This document shows, piece after piece, positions 42,976 to 58,876 of a stretch of 64,000 bases of DNA. Under the pieces are notes generated by a model that worked only from the letters and a program-made list of their open reading frames with translations, was not told the DNA's origin and did no database searches. The stretch comes from Eledone cirrhosa. Its lineage: Eukaryota. The first letter of the stretch is position 1. Each line of letters starts with the position of its first letter. The stretch covers positions 65,410,001 to 65,474,000 of the forward strand of contig OZ024742.1 of assembly GCA_964016885.1 (NCBI GenBank). The letters run 5' to 3'. The translations under genes were made by a program, and so were the position numbers.

Positions 42976-43237
42976 TATGTATATATCTATCTATATATAT
43001 ATATATATATAATATATATAAGTGTGTGTATGTGTGTGTACACCGGAAGGGGTCGGTATGGATTTTATTGAAGGACACGTTTGAGTTTTAATGATGTCTC
43101 ATGCAGTATGTGTATGTGTATTTTGAAGATTAGGGTTTGCGTTTGATTGAGTCCCATCTCATCAGTTGACCGCTAGAGATACAATGTTCAGTGCTTAAAT
43201 CTCTATATATATGTATTTGTTTTCTTGTTAAACTAAA

Positions 43238-43288
<51 letters not shown>

Positions 43289-43301
43289 CGTTAAAATAAA
43301 C

Positions 43302-43347
<46 letters not shown>

Positions 43348-43359
43348 GTTAAAATAAAC

Positions 43360-43411
<52 letters not shown>

Positions 43412-43587
43412 AACAAAGGAATTGTGGTAAGGAACCAGATGGACTATAACGCACCAGAGTACTCAATACTTAGGGTAGTAGAGTGGGAAATAGGAAAAAG
43501 TATGACCCCGACGGCAGAGCTCAAGCCGTTTCGACGGCTATTTCTAGTCCAAACGGCTTGAGCTCTGCCGTTGGGGTCATACTTTTT

Positions 43588-43638
<51 letters not shown>

Positions 43639-44127
43639 TTATTTATATATATATAATATTTTTTCTCGTTAAAATAAACGCTGAATGGTAACATACATGC
43701 CTGGATGAGTTGCAGATGTAGGATTCATTTCAAACTGTTCATCAAGTATTTTAGTAACTACTAGTGAACAACATACGATGTATATATGGGTTAGGAGTAT
43801 ATATATATGTATAGGTAGTGTATATGCTGTGTCTACACTTAACAGAACAGAATTATAGAACTAAAACTTGAGAGGTACTACCCTACCCCATCAATACAGA
43901 CTGGGCTACCTGGAATCTGTTCTGTTCTCCGCCCTCTCTCTCTCTCATATATATATACCGTTCTACCGATATACACACATGCAAATAAAGGAAACAAGTA
44001 TTCTTAAAAAGACTCCAGTTGCATTTTCGATTTCTTTTCCTTATACTTTCAATCGTGTAGGACATCTCGTATTTTATTTTTAAAAAACCTTCATTTTCTT
44101 AAATATATATGTAATATAGACATAGGC

Positions 44128-44191
<64 letters not shown>

Positions 44192-44250
44192 CAAGGGAAT
44201 GTAAATATAGAAAAAGATGTTTAAATAAATAAAAAAAAATTCACTGTACT

Positions 44251-44334
<84 letters not shown>

Positions 44335-44895
44335 GTGTGTGTTAACGTTGAGGTTGTCTCAAAGAATTTTTGTAACAAATATTTACTAGTAGTGGTAGAG
44401 TCAAATTTATTATAAATCAAATTTATCACATGTTGGCTGAAACTCCGACTTTCGCCTTCGGTCGATAAATCACATATACATGCATATGTAACTAAGACCG
44501 TCAATTGCCTTAACTTGAACGTAAACAAATCTAAAATAATCCAATGCTATCCACAAACTATAGCAAACACAATACATAAACTACAGTCAACCCACTCACC
44601 AGACCCTTTCCGCACAAGATAAAGTAAAAATCAAACACGTCCTTCAAAACCACACCCCTACTCTCTCGGCAAAACAACAGCCAAGCCTTACCAATTACTG
44701 GTATGAGGGAGATGAACATCACAAGGCTGCACATGACGCATATATATATATATATATAATAAGGAGTTGACGGGCCCAGCATATTTATCAATGCCAGGAC
44801 CGGTTGTATCTCAGCGTACTCAATAGGTAATGTAGGATACATTCCCAGAGTATACACATAGTTATTCGCTTCAATACAACACACGTAAACGGGTG

Positions 44896-44939
<44 letters not shown>

Positions 44940-44986
44940 AAAAGAAATAACAAAAATAACAAAACAAACTGCACAGTACATAAAAG

Positions 44987-45045
<59 letters not shown>

Positions 45046-45252
45046 ATATAATAACATTATATATATATATACATATATAACCGATCACTGGGACTTTTAC
45101 GAAGTGCTGAGGAGATAAAGTTTATATATATATTGTACACTAACTATCATATTTGTATAGGTCACTTTGAAATATAAAAATTGTATACTTGTTTATAAAC
45201 GAGAGCAAAAGAGAGACATTTATATATTTATCAAGTTAAAGTGAATTCTTAC

Positions 45253-45327
45253 CGGTGGAATCATCCGACCTCCTTCCATTCCAGGTAGTGGAACGGGTGT
45301 TAGTCTATACATCTGGGTAGAAGACAT
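45253..45327 (-). CDS. Candidate first coding exon of an unidentified host gene (MSSTQMYRLTPVPLPGMEGGRMIPP)
   Basis: ATG with purine at -3, 25 codons, then a phase-0 donor CCG|GTAAGA. Lies in a TE-poor unique region. No homology recognised. Confidence 0.4.
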
Positions 45328-47647
45328 CCTTGGTAATGAAACCACTAGGGTGTTTTATTATGTATCTATATATATATCTTGTGTTTTAAAATATCAACAT
45401 TATATATATATATACATATATATACATATATATATATAAATGTAAATATTTATATATTTATATATATATATAATTCCACCAAATAATCTTTCCACACCGT
45501 TCGACTGGTAAATTCTTTCCTTTAAGTTGGCACCAACATTCTCTGGAATCTTATTCCCACCTTCCTCACACCATTCCAGTTCACCTGGTTCACACTTCTC
45601 TATTACAATTTCGTAATTTCTGATTTTAGTTTGCTTTTTTTTTGCTTCTAAAAAGCAAATATTTCCGCACTCAAAAAAAAAAAGCGGGGGGGGGGGGGGG
45701 GGAAATAATATAATAAAATTAAAAAAATAAAAATCAATCAAAAATATTTCCACTGTTTTTTCCCCACTCGTGTTTAGGTGTTCTAGTTTGTAATCCTAAT
45801 TCCACATTGGTTTAAAAAATATTCTCGCTGAAGTACCATGTGTGTTTATTTTTGGTCTTTTCGCTCTATCTCATTCACATGTAAAGGTTGGTTCCGTTGT
45901 TTATTGTATTCTAACAAATTCCACAAAAGTCAGAAACACTATAAACTTCTATTAATTTCAATTCCTTCATCTACCATACCTTATTTCCACACGGGTAAAA
46001 ACTGTTGTTTTCTTCCTCTCATGTTTTACTTTAAACTTCACGTTTAAACTCTAAAAAATATCGTTACATTTATGTAGAGAGAGAGAGATGACTACTCTCT
46101 CACTTAGCGAGACTGACTGACAGACAGATGGCTAGTCACTCGTAGCTTCTACTTGTTAATTGATTAATTATTATTATTGTTGTTATTGTTGTTGTTGGTG
46201 GTGGTGTGGTTGCTTGCCTAGTTCATAATGTTTGTTTTTATGACGTCTTTCTTTACATTATTTCTTATTTTATGTTGTCACCTTGGTGTTATAGATCGAC
46301 TGTGTTGTATGTTTTACAATGTGATTTCTATTGTTGTTAAAGTTGTCTTCACATTACTTCACTGTCCGTCTTTCTCCCCCCTCTCTCTCTCTTGTAACAA
46401 GACCAAAGAAAGACCAGAGGCATGTATAACTAATTATAATAACAATAAGTTCTAACAAATTTTCACTACTATTAATAAGACGACGGCAACAGAATGTTAC
46501 CGAAGCTATTACTAGCTCCCCCGCCACTTCTCATCACCATCACCCTGCAGTGGCTGCTAGTACTATTATTGTTTCTATCACTATAATTAACAACCACCAC
46601 CACCACCTCTACTACTACTACTACTACTACTACTGGTATTAAAGACACCTGCTATAAGGTAGACCCTCTAACAAATCTAAAAGTAAACCCTTCAACGAAA
46701 TACCGAAAGATACACACACATACACGAACACACTCAGAGACACAAACACACACAGACCGACGTCGCACGCTGACAACTGCACCAACAACACTTCAACTAA
46801 AAAAAGAAACACACAACAATACAGCGATGATGATAATGGATCTTCCGTCTAATTCGACGATGAGTTTGTCAGCTGTATAATCAACTGAACTACTTACTCG
46901 TTAGATATAAGTGACTGAATACACCATAGACACGTGTACTCTTAACATAATTCTCATTGAGGCAGAATCAGCTTGATATGTATCAAGGCTGGACCTTTGA
47001 ATTACAGGTACAAGCCACCCAACCGACTTCCACTCAGTTTTCATCTACCCAATTTCATTCGTAAGGTTGGGGTAGACCCGAAGTTGTAGTAAAAGGCATT
47101 TGTCCAAAATGCTGCACAATGGTATCGAACTCTGGACCTCTATAGACCAGCAGGAATAACCAACACTTATATAATTTAAACAACGACAACGTTACTGCCA
47201 CCACTAAGAAGAACACAGGCCTAAGAGTGAGTCTCAAGTCACTAGAAGTAGCAGCCAAATTTCCCCTTACCGTCTTAAAAGAGGACACATTGGATACTGT
47301 AATCCGAGATAACCTTTAAAAAGACGTAATAGTCACGGCTGGAATGCCTTTGATCATCAGGCTGTTTGATCAGTGTTGACCTGGAGCTAAACAACAGTTA
47401 ATACTGCAACTATCAGCAACAATAACAACAACAATAGTAATACCAACAAGTTTTAGATGCGAGCTAATTCTTTCACGTCTTCACTTCTTCCCTCTGTCCA
47501 TTCTACGGTGGTAGGGGTGGAGGGGTGATACAAGGTGGAGGAGGAGAAGACTGAGACATCACCACCTTCACCACTCCTACTGTTCTATTATATCTCCTCT
47601 AGCCGTCACTCCCATTATTCCCATGCTACTCCTACTCCTCCAACTAC

Positions 47648-47830
<183 letters not shown>

Positions 47831-47914
47831 CTGTTCTACCGACACACTAACAATTCTATATACATTCAGCTGGAGAGAAAGACTGTACGAAGCAATAGGC
47901 GTTGTGGTGTGTAG

Positions 47915-48900
47915 GTGGTGATGGTAATGTGTAGTAATAACGGTAGTGGTGGTGGTGATGGTGATGGTGATGGTGATGGTGATGGTAGTGGTGGTGGTGA
48001 TGGTGATGGTGATGGTGATGGTAGTAATGATGGTGATGGTGATGGTGATGGTGATGGTAGTAATGATGGTGATGGTGATGGTGATGGTGATGGTGATGGT
48101 AGTAATGATGGTGATGGTGATGGTGATGGTGATGGTGATGGTAGTAGTGATGGTGATGGTGATGGTGATTGTAGTAGTGATGGTGATGGTGATGGTAGTA
48201 ATGATGGTGATGGTGATGGTGATGGTAGTAATAATGGTGATGGTGATGGTGATGGTAGTAATGATGGTGATGGTGATGGTGATGGTGTTGGTAGTAATGA
48301 TGGTGATGGTGATGGTGATGGTAGTAATAATGGTGATGGTGATGGTGATGGTAGTAATGATGGTGATGGTGATGGTGATGGTGTGGGTAGTAATGATGGT
48401 GATGGTGATGGTGATGGTAGTAATAATGGTGATGGTGATGGTGATGGTAGTAATGATGGTGATGGTGATGGTGATGGTGTTGGTAGTAATGATGGTGATG
48501 GTGATGGTAATGTGTAGTAATAACGGTAGTGGTGGTGGTGATGGTAGTAATGATGGTGATGGTGATGGTGATGGTGATGGTAGTAATGATGGTGATGGTG
48601 ATGGTGATGGTGATGGTAGTAGTGATGGTGATGGTGATGGTAGTAATGATGGTGATGGTGATGGTGATGGTAGTAATGATGGTGATGGTGATGGTGATGG
48701 TGTTGGTAGTAATGATGGTGATGGTAGTAATGATGGTGATGGTGATGGTGATGGTGATGGTAGTAATGATGGTGATGGTGATGGTGATGGTGTTGGTAGT
48801 AATGATGGTGATGGTGATGGTGATGGTGATGGTGTTGGTAGTAATGATGGTGATGGTGATGGTGATGGTGATGGTGATGGTAGTAATGATGGTGATGATA
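47915..48900. repeat. (GGTGAT)n / GGTAGTAATGAT simple-repeat field
   Basis: Direct reading. Preceded by (CA)n 47651-47828. Confidence 0.95.
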
Positions 48901-48961
48901 GTAATGTGTATATTGTTGTGTTAGTGATGGTAGTGGTAGTATTATATATGTAGCGACATGA

Positions 48962-49418
48962 GCGGTGGATTGGTAAAATCGGTAGAGCGTCGGACAAAAT
49001 GCTTTACGGCATTTAGTTATGTTACGGGTTCAAGTCATGCCAAGGTCAACTTTGTCTTTCTTTCTTCCGGGCAGGGGCCTCGTTTGTCTTAAAAATGGGG
49101 ACAAACCAACATTTGTTGATTCTTAAAGGAGCATAAGTAAAATTTTACGCTAATTAAATTTTATATATTCAAATGAAGTTCAGATATAAAGAAATATGCT
49201 TAAAAAGAATTTATTATATCAAATAAACAAAAAATAAAATATAGTCTTTTGAAAAAGTGTGTGTGTATGGGGGTGGGGGTGGGGGACATATCCCCTGGTA
49301 CCCTCCTGAAACAAGGCTCTTGCTTCCGGGGTGGATAAAATAAAGCACCCGTCAAGTATTATAGTCGACTTTCCCACCCCTCAAATCGCTGACCTTGTAT
49401 CTAAATTAGGAACCGTTA
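48962..49418 (+). mobile_element. tRNA-derived SINE split by a MITE
   Basis: SINE head and body to 49071, resuming at 49323 (CTTCCGGGGTGGATAAAATAAAG). Confidence 0.8.
49072..49322. mobile_element. hAT-like MITE (251 bp)
   Basis: Perfect 8-bp TSD CTTCCGGG (49064-49071, 49323-49330); TIRs CAGGGGCCTCGTTT / AAACAAGGCTCTTG (11/14). Confidence 0.85.
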
Positions 49419-49420
49419 TA

Positions 49421-50450
49421 TGTGTGGTGTTGTATGGTGTGGGTAACAGAGTAGTGATGGTGGTAGTATGTGGTGATGGTGGTGGTGTTGTATGGTGTGG
49501 ATAACAGAGTAGTGATGGTGGTAGTATGTAGTGATGGTGGTAGTATGTGGTGATGGTGGTGGTGTTGTATGGTGTGGGTAACAGAGTAGTGATGGTGGTA
49601 GTATGTAGTGATGGTGGTAGTATGTGGTGATGGTGGTGGTGTTGTATGGTGTGGATAACAGAGTAGTGATGGTGGTAGTATGTAGTGATGGTGGTGGTGT
49701 TGTATGGTGTGGGTAACAGAGTAGTGATGGTGGTAGTATGTAGTGATGGTGGTAGTATGTGGTGATGGTGGTGGTGTTGTATGGTGTGGGTAACAGAGTA
49801 GTGATGGTGGTAGTATGTAGTGATGGTGGTAGTATGTGGTGATGGTGGTGGTGTTGTATGGTGTGGATAACAGAGTAGTGATGGTGGTAGTATGTAGTGA
49901 TGGTGGTGGTGTTGTATGGTGTGGGTAACAGAGTAGTGATGGTGGTAGTATGTAGTGATGGTGGTGGTGTTGTATGGTGTGGGTAACAGAGTAGTGATGG
50001 TGGTAGTATGTAGTGATGGTGGTAGTATGTGGTGATGGTGGTGGTGTTGTATGGTGTGGGTAACAGAGTAGTGATGGTGGTAGTATGTAGTGATGGTGGT
50101 AGTATGTGGTGATGGTGGTGGTGTTGTATGGTGTGGATAACAGAGTAGTGATGGTGGTAGTATGTAGTGATGGTGGTGGTGTTGTATGGTGTGGGTAACA
50201 GAGTAGTGATGGTGGTAGTATGTAGTGATGGTGGTGGTGTTGTATGGTGTGGGTAACAGAGTAGTGATGGTGGTAGTATGTAGTGATGGTGGTGGTGTTG
50301 TATGGTGTGGGTAACAGAGTAGTAATGGTGGTAGTATGTAGTGATGGTGGTAGTATGTAGTGATGGTGGTAGTATGTGGTGATGGTGGTAGTATGTAGTG
50401 ATGGTGGTAGTATGTGGTGATGGTGGTAGTATGTAGTGATGGTGGTAGTA
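49421..50450. repeat. GT-rich minisatellite of 58-bp and 19-bp modules
   Basis: 58-bp unit containing TTGTATGGTGTGG(G/A)TAACAGAGTAG, interspersed with TGTAGTGATGGTGGTAGTA. Confidence 0.9.
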
Positions 50451-51272
50451 GTTTGGTGTGTGAAGTAGTGCGTGATGCGCTCTGTTCTGATGTTATTGTT
50501 GTTGTTTAGCCACAGACCAGCCCTGATCGAGCAAACATATGACCATAGACATTCCTGTCGTGACCATCCCGTCGTTTCCCGATGTGTAGGGGACCCAGAA
50601 CTCCATTACCGAACATACCCCCTTTTAAAAACGGAACCATGTGATTTGAGGGAGCCTTAGCAGTTATTTCTAGCAGGACGAGTGACCATTTAGAGGCTCT
50701 CCCATTAGCTCACTGTTCTGATTTAATGTAGTGTGGTGTGCTGTTGTTTCTCAGCCCTAGGTCAACTCTGATTCAGATGACCTATGGTCAAAGACATTCC
50801 ATCAGTGTCCACCACGTCTTTATTTTATACACGACTACATTATCTAGTGTACTTTTTTTTTTTACAGATGTGATTTGCATTAAATTTAGTTGCTATTTTT
50901 AGCAGGTCGAACAGCCAAGTAGAGACCCCCCCCCCTTACTGATTTATATACGTTGAGTTTGCAGTATGTGCTGTTGTGATGTCTATTTGCTGTTGTTGTT
51001 TAGCTTTATGTCAGTCCTGATTGAATAAACCTATTATGATAAAGGCTAGTAGCCGGCTGCTGGCCACATTTTTCTGTCAATAGGAGTATTTTACCACATT
51101 TCCTAAGCTATTATTTATAGCAACCGACTATTGTTACAATTATTTTCGGCTTTGTGATTCCTACATTTTCCATGACTCTGTAGATTTTCAATACACAACA
51201 TGTAATAAGATACCACTTTTCCACAAAAACAAATTTCCCCTTTGCTTCGATGGGATATTTATACCTACACTA

Positions 51273-51416
51273 CAGACCTGTCAATTTCTAAAAACTCAAA
51301 CGGGAAGTACCATGAAAAAAGTGCCCTAAAATGGGGAAATTTTACATACTGAAAGCTATACCCACTTTCACAAGAGAAGACATCTCCTCGTCGGACGGGA
51401 AGAGTCGACAGGTCAG
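51273..51416. mobile_element. MITE, 6-bp TSD family (copy 3, internally deleted)
   Basis: Perfect TSD ACACTA (51267-51272, 51417-51422); ends CAGACCTGTC / GACAGGTCAG. Confidence 0.85.
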
Positions 51417-51722
51417 ACACTATATTGAGTTTTAATAGGTTATAAGTTCTACCTTAATATATATATATATAAAGGAAAATGTTTAACCCCGACGGCAGAG
51501 CTCAAGCCATTTCGACGTATTGAGTACTCTGGTGCGTTATGGTTCATCTGGCTTTTTACCACACTTCCTTCGTTATATATATATATATATAAAATAGAGG
51601 TGCCCCAGCATGGGCTCAGCCTGTCCGCTGGAACACGTAACGGGGTAATATATATATATATAAATAAAATAATTAAGTCAAATATGTAAAATTTGGCTTC
51701 GTTTATTATAAATTATAGATAT

Positions 51723-51777
51723 ACTGCTATATATATTTCGGTGACAGCCATCATTGGCTGTGACCTCTTCAGGCAGT
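51723..51777 (-). ncRNA. Type I hammerhead ribozyme motif
   Basis: Exact mirror of 51974-52028. Confidence 0.85.
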
Positions 51778-51973
51778 CCGAATTGGTGTGGGAAAGACAG
51801 GTACACATGTTGTTGAAGTGTCTTTTACCCCGTCAATACATCGATATGTCCAGCTCCTGGTAGTATTGTTATTTCTCTGAGGAACTGGAATCATGATTCC
51901 AGTTCCTCAGAGAAATAACGGAGTAAAACACACTTCAACAACATGTGTACCTGTCTTTCCCACACCAATTCGG

Positions 51974-52028
51974 ACTGCCTGAAGAGGTCACAGCCAATGA
52001 TGGCTGTCACCGAAATATATATAGCAGT
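51974..52028 (+). ncRNA. Type I hammerhead ribozyme motif
   Basis: ACTGC-CTGAAGA-GGTcACAGCCA-atga-TGGCTGTcACC-GAAA-TATATA-TA-GCAGT; predicted cut after A52023. Confidence 0.85.
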
Positions 52029-52382
52029 ATATCTATAATTTATAATAAACGAAGCCAAATTTTACATATTTTACATTACTCCGGAGTAAACAAACCAAAC
52101 TGCGTACTTCGTCGAGTTCTCCAATCTGCATACTGAGGTGTCGGTAAACAACCAGAGCTCAAGCCGTTTCGACGGCCATTTCTGGACTCCAGAGTCCAGA
52201 AATAGCCGTCAAAACGGCTTGAGCTCTGCCGTCGGGGTTAAACTTTTTCCTATTAACCACTCTACTACCCTAAGTATTGAGTAGTCTGGTGCGTTATGGT
52301 CCATCTGGTTCCTTACCACACCTCCTTCGTTATATATATATATACCTCTCTCTCTCTATATATATATGTATATATATAGAGG

Positions 52383-52680
<298 letters not shown>

Positions 52681-52720
52681 CGATATTAACAAATGGAAAC
52701 TATATTTATAAAACCATATT

Positions 52721-52785
52721 TATTTCATTATACATATTTCAAGGACACCAAGTTAAATTATGGTGTGCTTTCATCAGACAAAATA
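52721..52785 (-). ncRNA. Type I hammerhead ribozyme motif
   Basis: Mirror of 52879-52943. Confidence 0.8.
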
Positions 52786-52878
52786 TAATATAGATCAATT
52801 TTATAAATAAATATTGACATACCCTTAAAAAATGCAACCATTACTGTCAATATTTATTTATAAAACTGATCTATATTA

Positions 52879-52943
52879 TATTTTGTCTGATGAAAGCACA
52901 CCATAATTTAACTTGGTGTCCTTGAAATATGTATAATGAAATA
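52879..52943 (+). ncRNA. Type I hammerhead ribozyme motif
   Basis: TATTTTGT-CTGATGA-AAG-cACACCA..TGGTGTc-CTT-GAAA-TATGTA-TA-ATGAAATA; stem I retained through G-U pairs. Confidence 0.8.
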
Positions 52944-53877
52944 AATATGGTTTTATAAATATAGTTTCCATTTGTTAATATCGTATGTTTACTCCAAATA
53001 CTTGTTGAGTGCTTTATATCAGTTATAAAAATATTTGCTTGTTGTATCCCAACAATTTAAATAGAACTTTTGCATATATATATATATACTACACACACGC
53101 ACACACATACACACACACACACATATATATATATATTTATATATGTGTGTGTGTGTCGGTGTTTATGTGAACGTCAATAACAAACGCTGTTCTGTCTTAT
53201 ATTGAGTACCTTTATATCATGTAACACAGTAGCTCACCAAATAGTGATCGATGAAATGTTTATTGGAGGATGACATGATCACCTAAACCCATTGAAAGTT
53301 GCACACCAGCATGGCCGTAGGTTTCTGTCTGAACCAAGTATATACTGACATTCTGTCAGTTACGGCGGCGAATATTTCAGTTGATTCGATTAACGTGCAA
53401 ATGACTGAGCATTCCATAGTCACGTGTGCCCTTAATGTGGTTCTCAGGAAGATTCAGCGTAACACAGAATGTGACGAGGCTGAGTGGACTGGAATTACGT
53501 GAAATAATGTGTCTTGCTCAAGGACACAACGCCGGCAATCGAACTTACGACCTTACGTAACGTGGGCCGAATACCCTAACCATTAGGACACGCGCCTTCA
53601 CTACTGAAACCAGTAAAAATAAAACAAAAGCAAAACAAGCCGCTCCCTTGCAAAAAAAAACAACAAAAAAACTCACCAAAAAAACCAACGAATTATAGTG
53701 AAATAACAAAAACAACAACAATATAAAAAAAGCTAAACTCTGATGAACTCTGACCTGGATGTCAGAGTCATCGCCGCACCTAACATTTTAAATTTGTATA
53801 TATATAAACATAAATATATAAATAAAATCGTACATAATTAAAGTTATTAATTTAGTAATTGAATAACTAAATGAATA

Positions 53878-54905
53878 CACCACCACCACCACCACCACTA
53901 CCACCAACACCACTACCACCACCACCACCACCACCACCAACACCAACACCACTACCACCACCACCACCAACACCAACACCACTACCACCACCACCACCAC
54001 CACCACCACCACCACCACCAACACCATCATCACGACCACCACCAACAACACCACTACCACCACTACAACACCACTACCACCACCACCACCACCACCACCA
54101 CCACCACCACCACCAACACCATCATCACGACCACCACCAACAACACCACTACCACCACTACAACACCACTACCACCACCACCACCACCACCACCACCACC
54201 ACCACCACCACCACCACCACCAGTACCAGCACCACCGCCGCCACCACCTCCAGTACAAGCACCACCGCCGCCACCACCACCAGTACCAGCACCACCGCCG
54301 CCACTACCACCAGTACCAGCACCACCGCCGCCACCACCACCAGTACCCGCACCACCACCTCCACCACCAGCACCACCACCACAACCAGCACCACCGCCGC
54401 CGCCACCACCACCAGTACCAGCACCACCGCCAGCACCACCACCACCACCAACACCACCACCACCAGCACCACCACCACAACCAGCACCACCGCCGCCGCC
54501 ACCACCACCAGTACCAGCACCACCGCCAGCACCACCACCACCACCAACACCACCACCACCACCACCACCACCACAACCAGCACCACCGCCGCCGCCACCA
54601 CCACCACCAGTATCAGCACCACCGCCAGCACCACCATTGTGATGATGACGAAGATGATGGTGATGGAGGTGATGTTGATCATGCTGATGGTGGTGTTGAT
54701 AATGATGGCGATGATGATGGCTATGATGATGATGATGATGATGAAGACGATGCTAATGATTGTGATGGTGATTGTGATGGTGATGGTGATGATTATGATG
54801 ACGATGGCGATGATGATGATGATGATGATGATGAGGATGACGATGACGCAGACGATGATGACGATGACGCAGACGATGATGATGATGGCTATGATGATGA
54901 ATATG
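53878..54905. repeat. (CAC/CCA)n field followed by (GAT)n field
   Basis: Direct reading. Confidence 0.95.
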
Positions 54906-55666
54906 AATAATGCAAGTTGGGAATCACTAAAAAAAGACAGAAAAAATATTATCAATGGCTAACGAGAACTAACTAAAATACAAGACATAAAATATAATCA
55001 GATGAGAAAATGAACCTAGCAATTTGCACAATTTTAATACCTACGCAGGTAGTTAACCCAATTACATACTAAATTGTGTACTAAGCAGTTGAAATATATT
55101 AAATTTAATATGTAATTGAATTAACAACTAACGTAAGCAGTAACATTCTGCAAACTACGAGGTCCAGTTCTCTAGTTCTGCCAGAGCTGATGGCTATATA
55201 ACGATTTACAGATTGTTTCGTGAATTGTGAAAGATGTAGGCAATTTCTGTAGGAGATCTCAACAAAGATAGAAATTCGAGCCTAGCTGTTCATCTTTTCG
55301 TGTAAATAAAACATGCTTTAGTATAATATTTGTATACAAAGTGTTCGCAACTTCTTACATATATGAATTTACGCTGTACCTCAGCAGTTTTGTGCACAAT
55401 TTAAAATATATATACAGGGGCCGCGGCCGTCGAAGAAACAACACCACGCGTTGGGCCGGTCCCCTGTATCATGAAGAAAAGAAATTTTTTTCGGGGAAGT
55501 TATTGGATTTTTCCCTATTTAAAGGTTTCTTAGGAACTTTCAATGTTTATTTTAGGTTTTGCCGTCTGAAGAGCTAAGGCTATCGTAACTGATAGTCCTC
55601 AGTGAAATATGTATAACGGAATTTTAAATAAACCTGAATCAACCGAATATTGCCTCCGATCTTTTA

Positions 55667-55712
<46 letters not shown>

Positions 55713-56081
55713 CATTAAAGTATTACCAAATATGGTTTTACATTAAATATTGGTAATACTTTAATGAATAATTTGCTTCATGAGTAATTATTATTTTTTA
55801 ACACAATAGGATTTTGTACACATACTTGTCTGAAAACACTTTCAAGGAAGTATGAAACATAGCTTGTTTATGAAACATGTATGTTTATTATAAGAAATTA
55901 CCATATTTTGAGCTGTTTTAACTTCTCCACCTACTTCATTCCAGTTTATATATAGATATATATAGTTATGTAATAAACAACATAAGGCAATTATTCCATT
56001 TACCAGTGGTTTCTTAAAAGCAAACAAATTTTGCTTTCAATCATCAGAATGAAAAAATCCTGGTATATTTATTGGCATTGG

Positions 56082-56119
<38 letters not shown>

Positions 56120-56444
56120 TAATAGGGTAAAGAACCCATTCGGTCACGAATGACCATGGGATTTGCACAAGTCTGGCAAGTAGTGTCCAAGGGAAAGGTA
56201 ATTGCCGATACAGCTCATTTATACAGCTGAGTAAATTGGAGCAACGTGAAATAAAGAGTCTTGCTCAAGGACACAACGCATCAACCGGTATGAGAGTCGA
56301 ACTCACAACCTTCCGATTGCAAGCCCAATGCTCTAACCACTAAGCCATTCGCCTTCGCTGATAAAAATATATATCTTATATATATATATGTATGTGTGTG
56401 TCGTGTGTAGATAGACAGACGGATATAGATATGTGTGTATATTC

Positions 56445-56525
56445 ATTTATTAAGGCTAAACAGTGAACTTGTTACTTCGGAGGAAACTCGGGAGTAACAA
56501 GGTTCACTGTTTAGCCATAATAAAA
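56445..56525. mobile_element. Short palindrome with hammerhead 3' half
   Basis: GGCTAAACAGTGAACTTGTTACT / AGTAACAAGGTTCACTGTTTAGCC around GAAA-CTC-gg-GAG-TA. Confidence 0.6.
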
Positions 56526-57219
56526 GTAGATCTAAACAGTACTTCCGTATTTAGTACTTTGCCTCATGACCTTCAATAATATCTACATCTCATTCACACA
56601 CACACGCATACACATTGTTATACTTTAGGGGTCGCTTGAGCGCCGGACAAAATGCTCTACAGCATAGAGTACCTCCCTTTTCATTCTGAGTTCAAATCCC
56701 GGCGATGTTAGCTTTGCCTTTCACCCTTACGGGGTGAATAAAACAAAGCACCAGTAATGCACTGGGGTCGATTTACTGACTTTCCTCTCCCCTAAATTGC
56801 TGGCCTTGTGGCTTAAGTAGAAACAATTATTGTTATTATTAGTTTTAATATCATTTCTCGGTTAGTTTAGTTACCGGATAATTATTTGCCATCTTTAACA
56901 GTCGAAGGTCTTTCGTCACACAATCTGAGACCTTCTCAATGCCTATGTTTGCTCATCTGTATCCTCTTTGCTTTGATCTTTTTCTATTTACTCCATCTTG
57001 TCTTCCTTGACAATCAAATATGAAAATTGTGTTAATATCCGGTTACTAAGCTAATGGAGGAATGGATTAGTTTTTCAAGTAATAATGAAACTAAAGGGAA
57101 ACTCAACTGATATGTACTTTGTTGGTAATATGACCCCTCACCAAGTATAACAATACTTGTTTCAACACTCGATTTTACATCAAGAATACAAATACAAAAA
57201 CCAAGTGTATATATATAGA

Positions 57220-58348
<1,129 letters not shown>

Positions 58349-58440
58349 AACATGAATGACCTGTTATTTTTATCTAAAGACATTTTTTCCAATTCCATCA
58401 TCCCGCCCGTCCCCTTAACCTATCTTATTTCTCATTCTTT

Positions 58441-58475
58441 CTTCTGATGAAGGACTAGCGTCCGAAATGTTAAGA
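58441..58475 (+). ncRNA. Minimal type I hammerhead ribozyme motif (in Penelope-type fragment 58345-58560)
   Basis: CTGATGA-a-GGAC-tagc-GTCC-GAAA-TGT-TA-AGA. The sister copy at about 1435-1447 has palindromic AACGTT. Stem I is weak. Confidence 0.65.
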
Positions 58476-58555
58476 CCCTCTTCCTGCTATATCAAGCGTT
58501 AACCTAATATATCCCTTCCATATACTGTACCGATTGATTTGTTATTTCTGTTTAC

Positions 58556-58626
<71 letters not shown>

Positions 58627-58876
58627 GCTTCTGTCTATCTGTCTATTTATCTAGGATTTAAAAGCCAAACGATGCGTATGATGAAAATATAAACATGTTT
58701 TTTATTAAAACATTTCTCGACTTAAAAGATCCTTTTTATCGAATACGTTTCAATAAATCACCATTTCAATTTCATTTTTAAGCCCGAAGATAGATAGACA
58801 GATAGATAGATAAATAAATAAGTAGGTAGATAAATAGATAGACAGACAGATAGATAGATAGATAGATAGATAGATA

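Larger units (their letters stand above)
51680..52150. mobile_element. Penelope-type palindrome with two divergent hammerheads
   Basis: Arms about 51680-51830 / 51921-52070, plus a perfect central palindrome 51869-51920. Confidence 0.85.

Noticed and set aside
43695-43752. Minus-strand TTGATGA...GAAA hammerhead-like string
   Set aside because: Stems I and II do not form convincingly.
43875-43910. Possible minus-strand micro-exon (IPGSPVCIDG)
   Set aside because: Acceptor lacks a polypyrimidine tract; too weak to call.
53740-53773. CTGATGA followed by hairpin ACTCTGAC/GTCAGAGT
   Set aside because: No GAAA or NUH downstream, so not a hammerhead; does not fit a SECIS either.
53871-54962. Pro/His/Thr/Met-rich mucin-like ORF
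   Set aside because: Entirely (CCA)n and (GAT)n repeats with several frames open.
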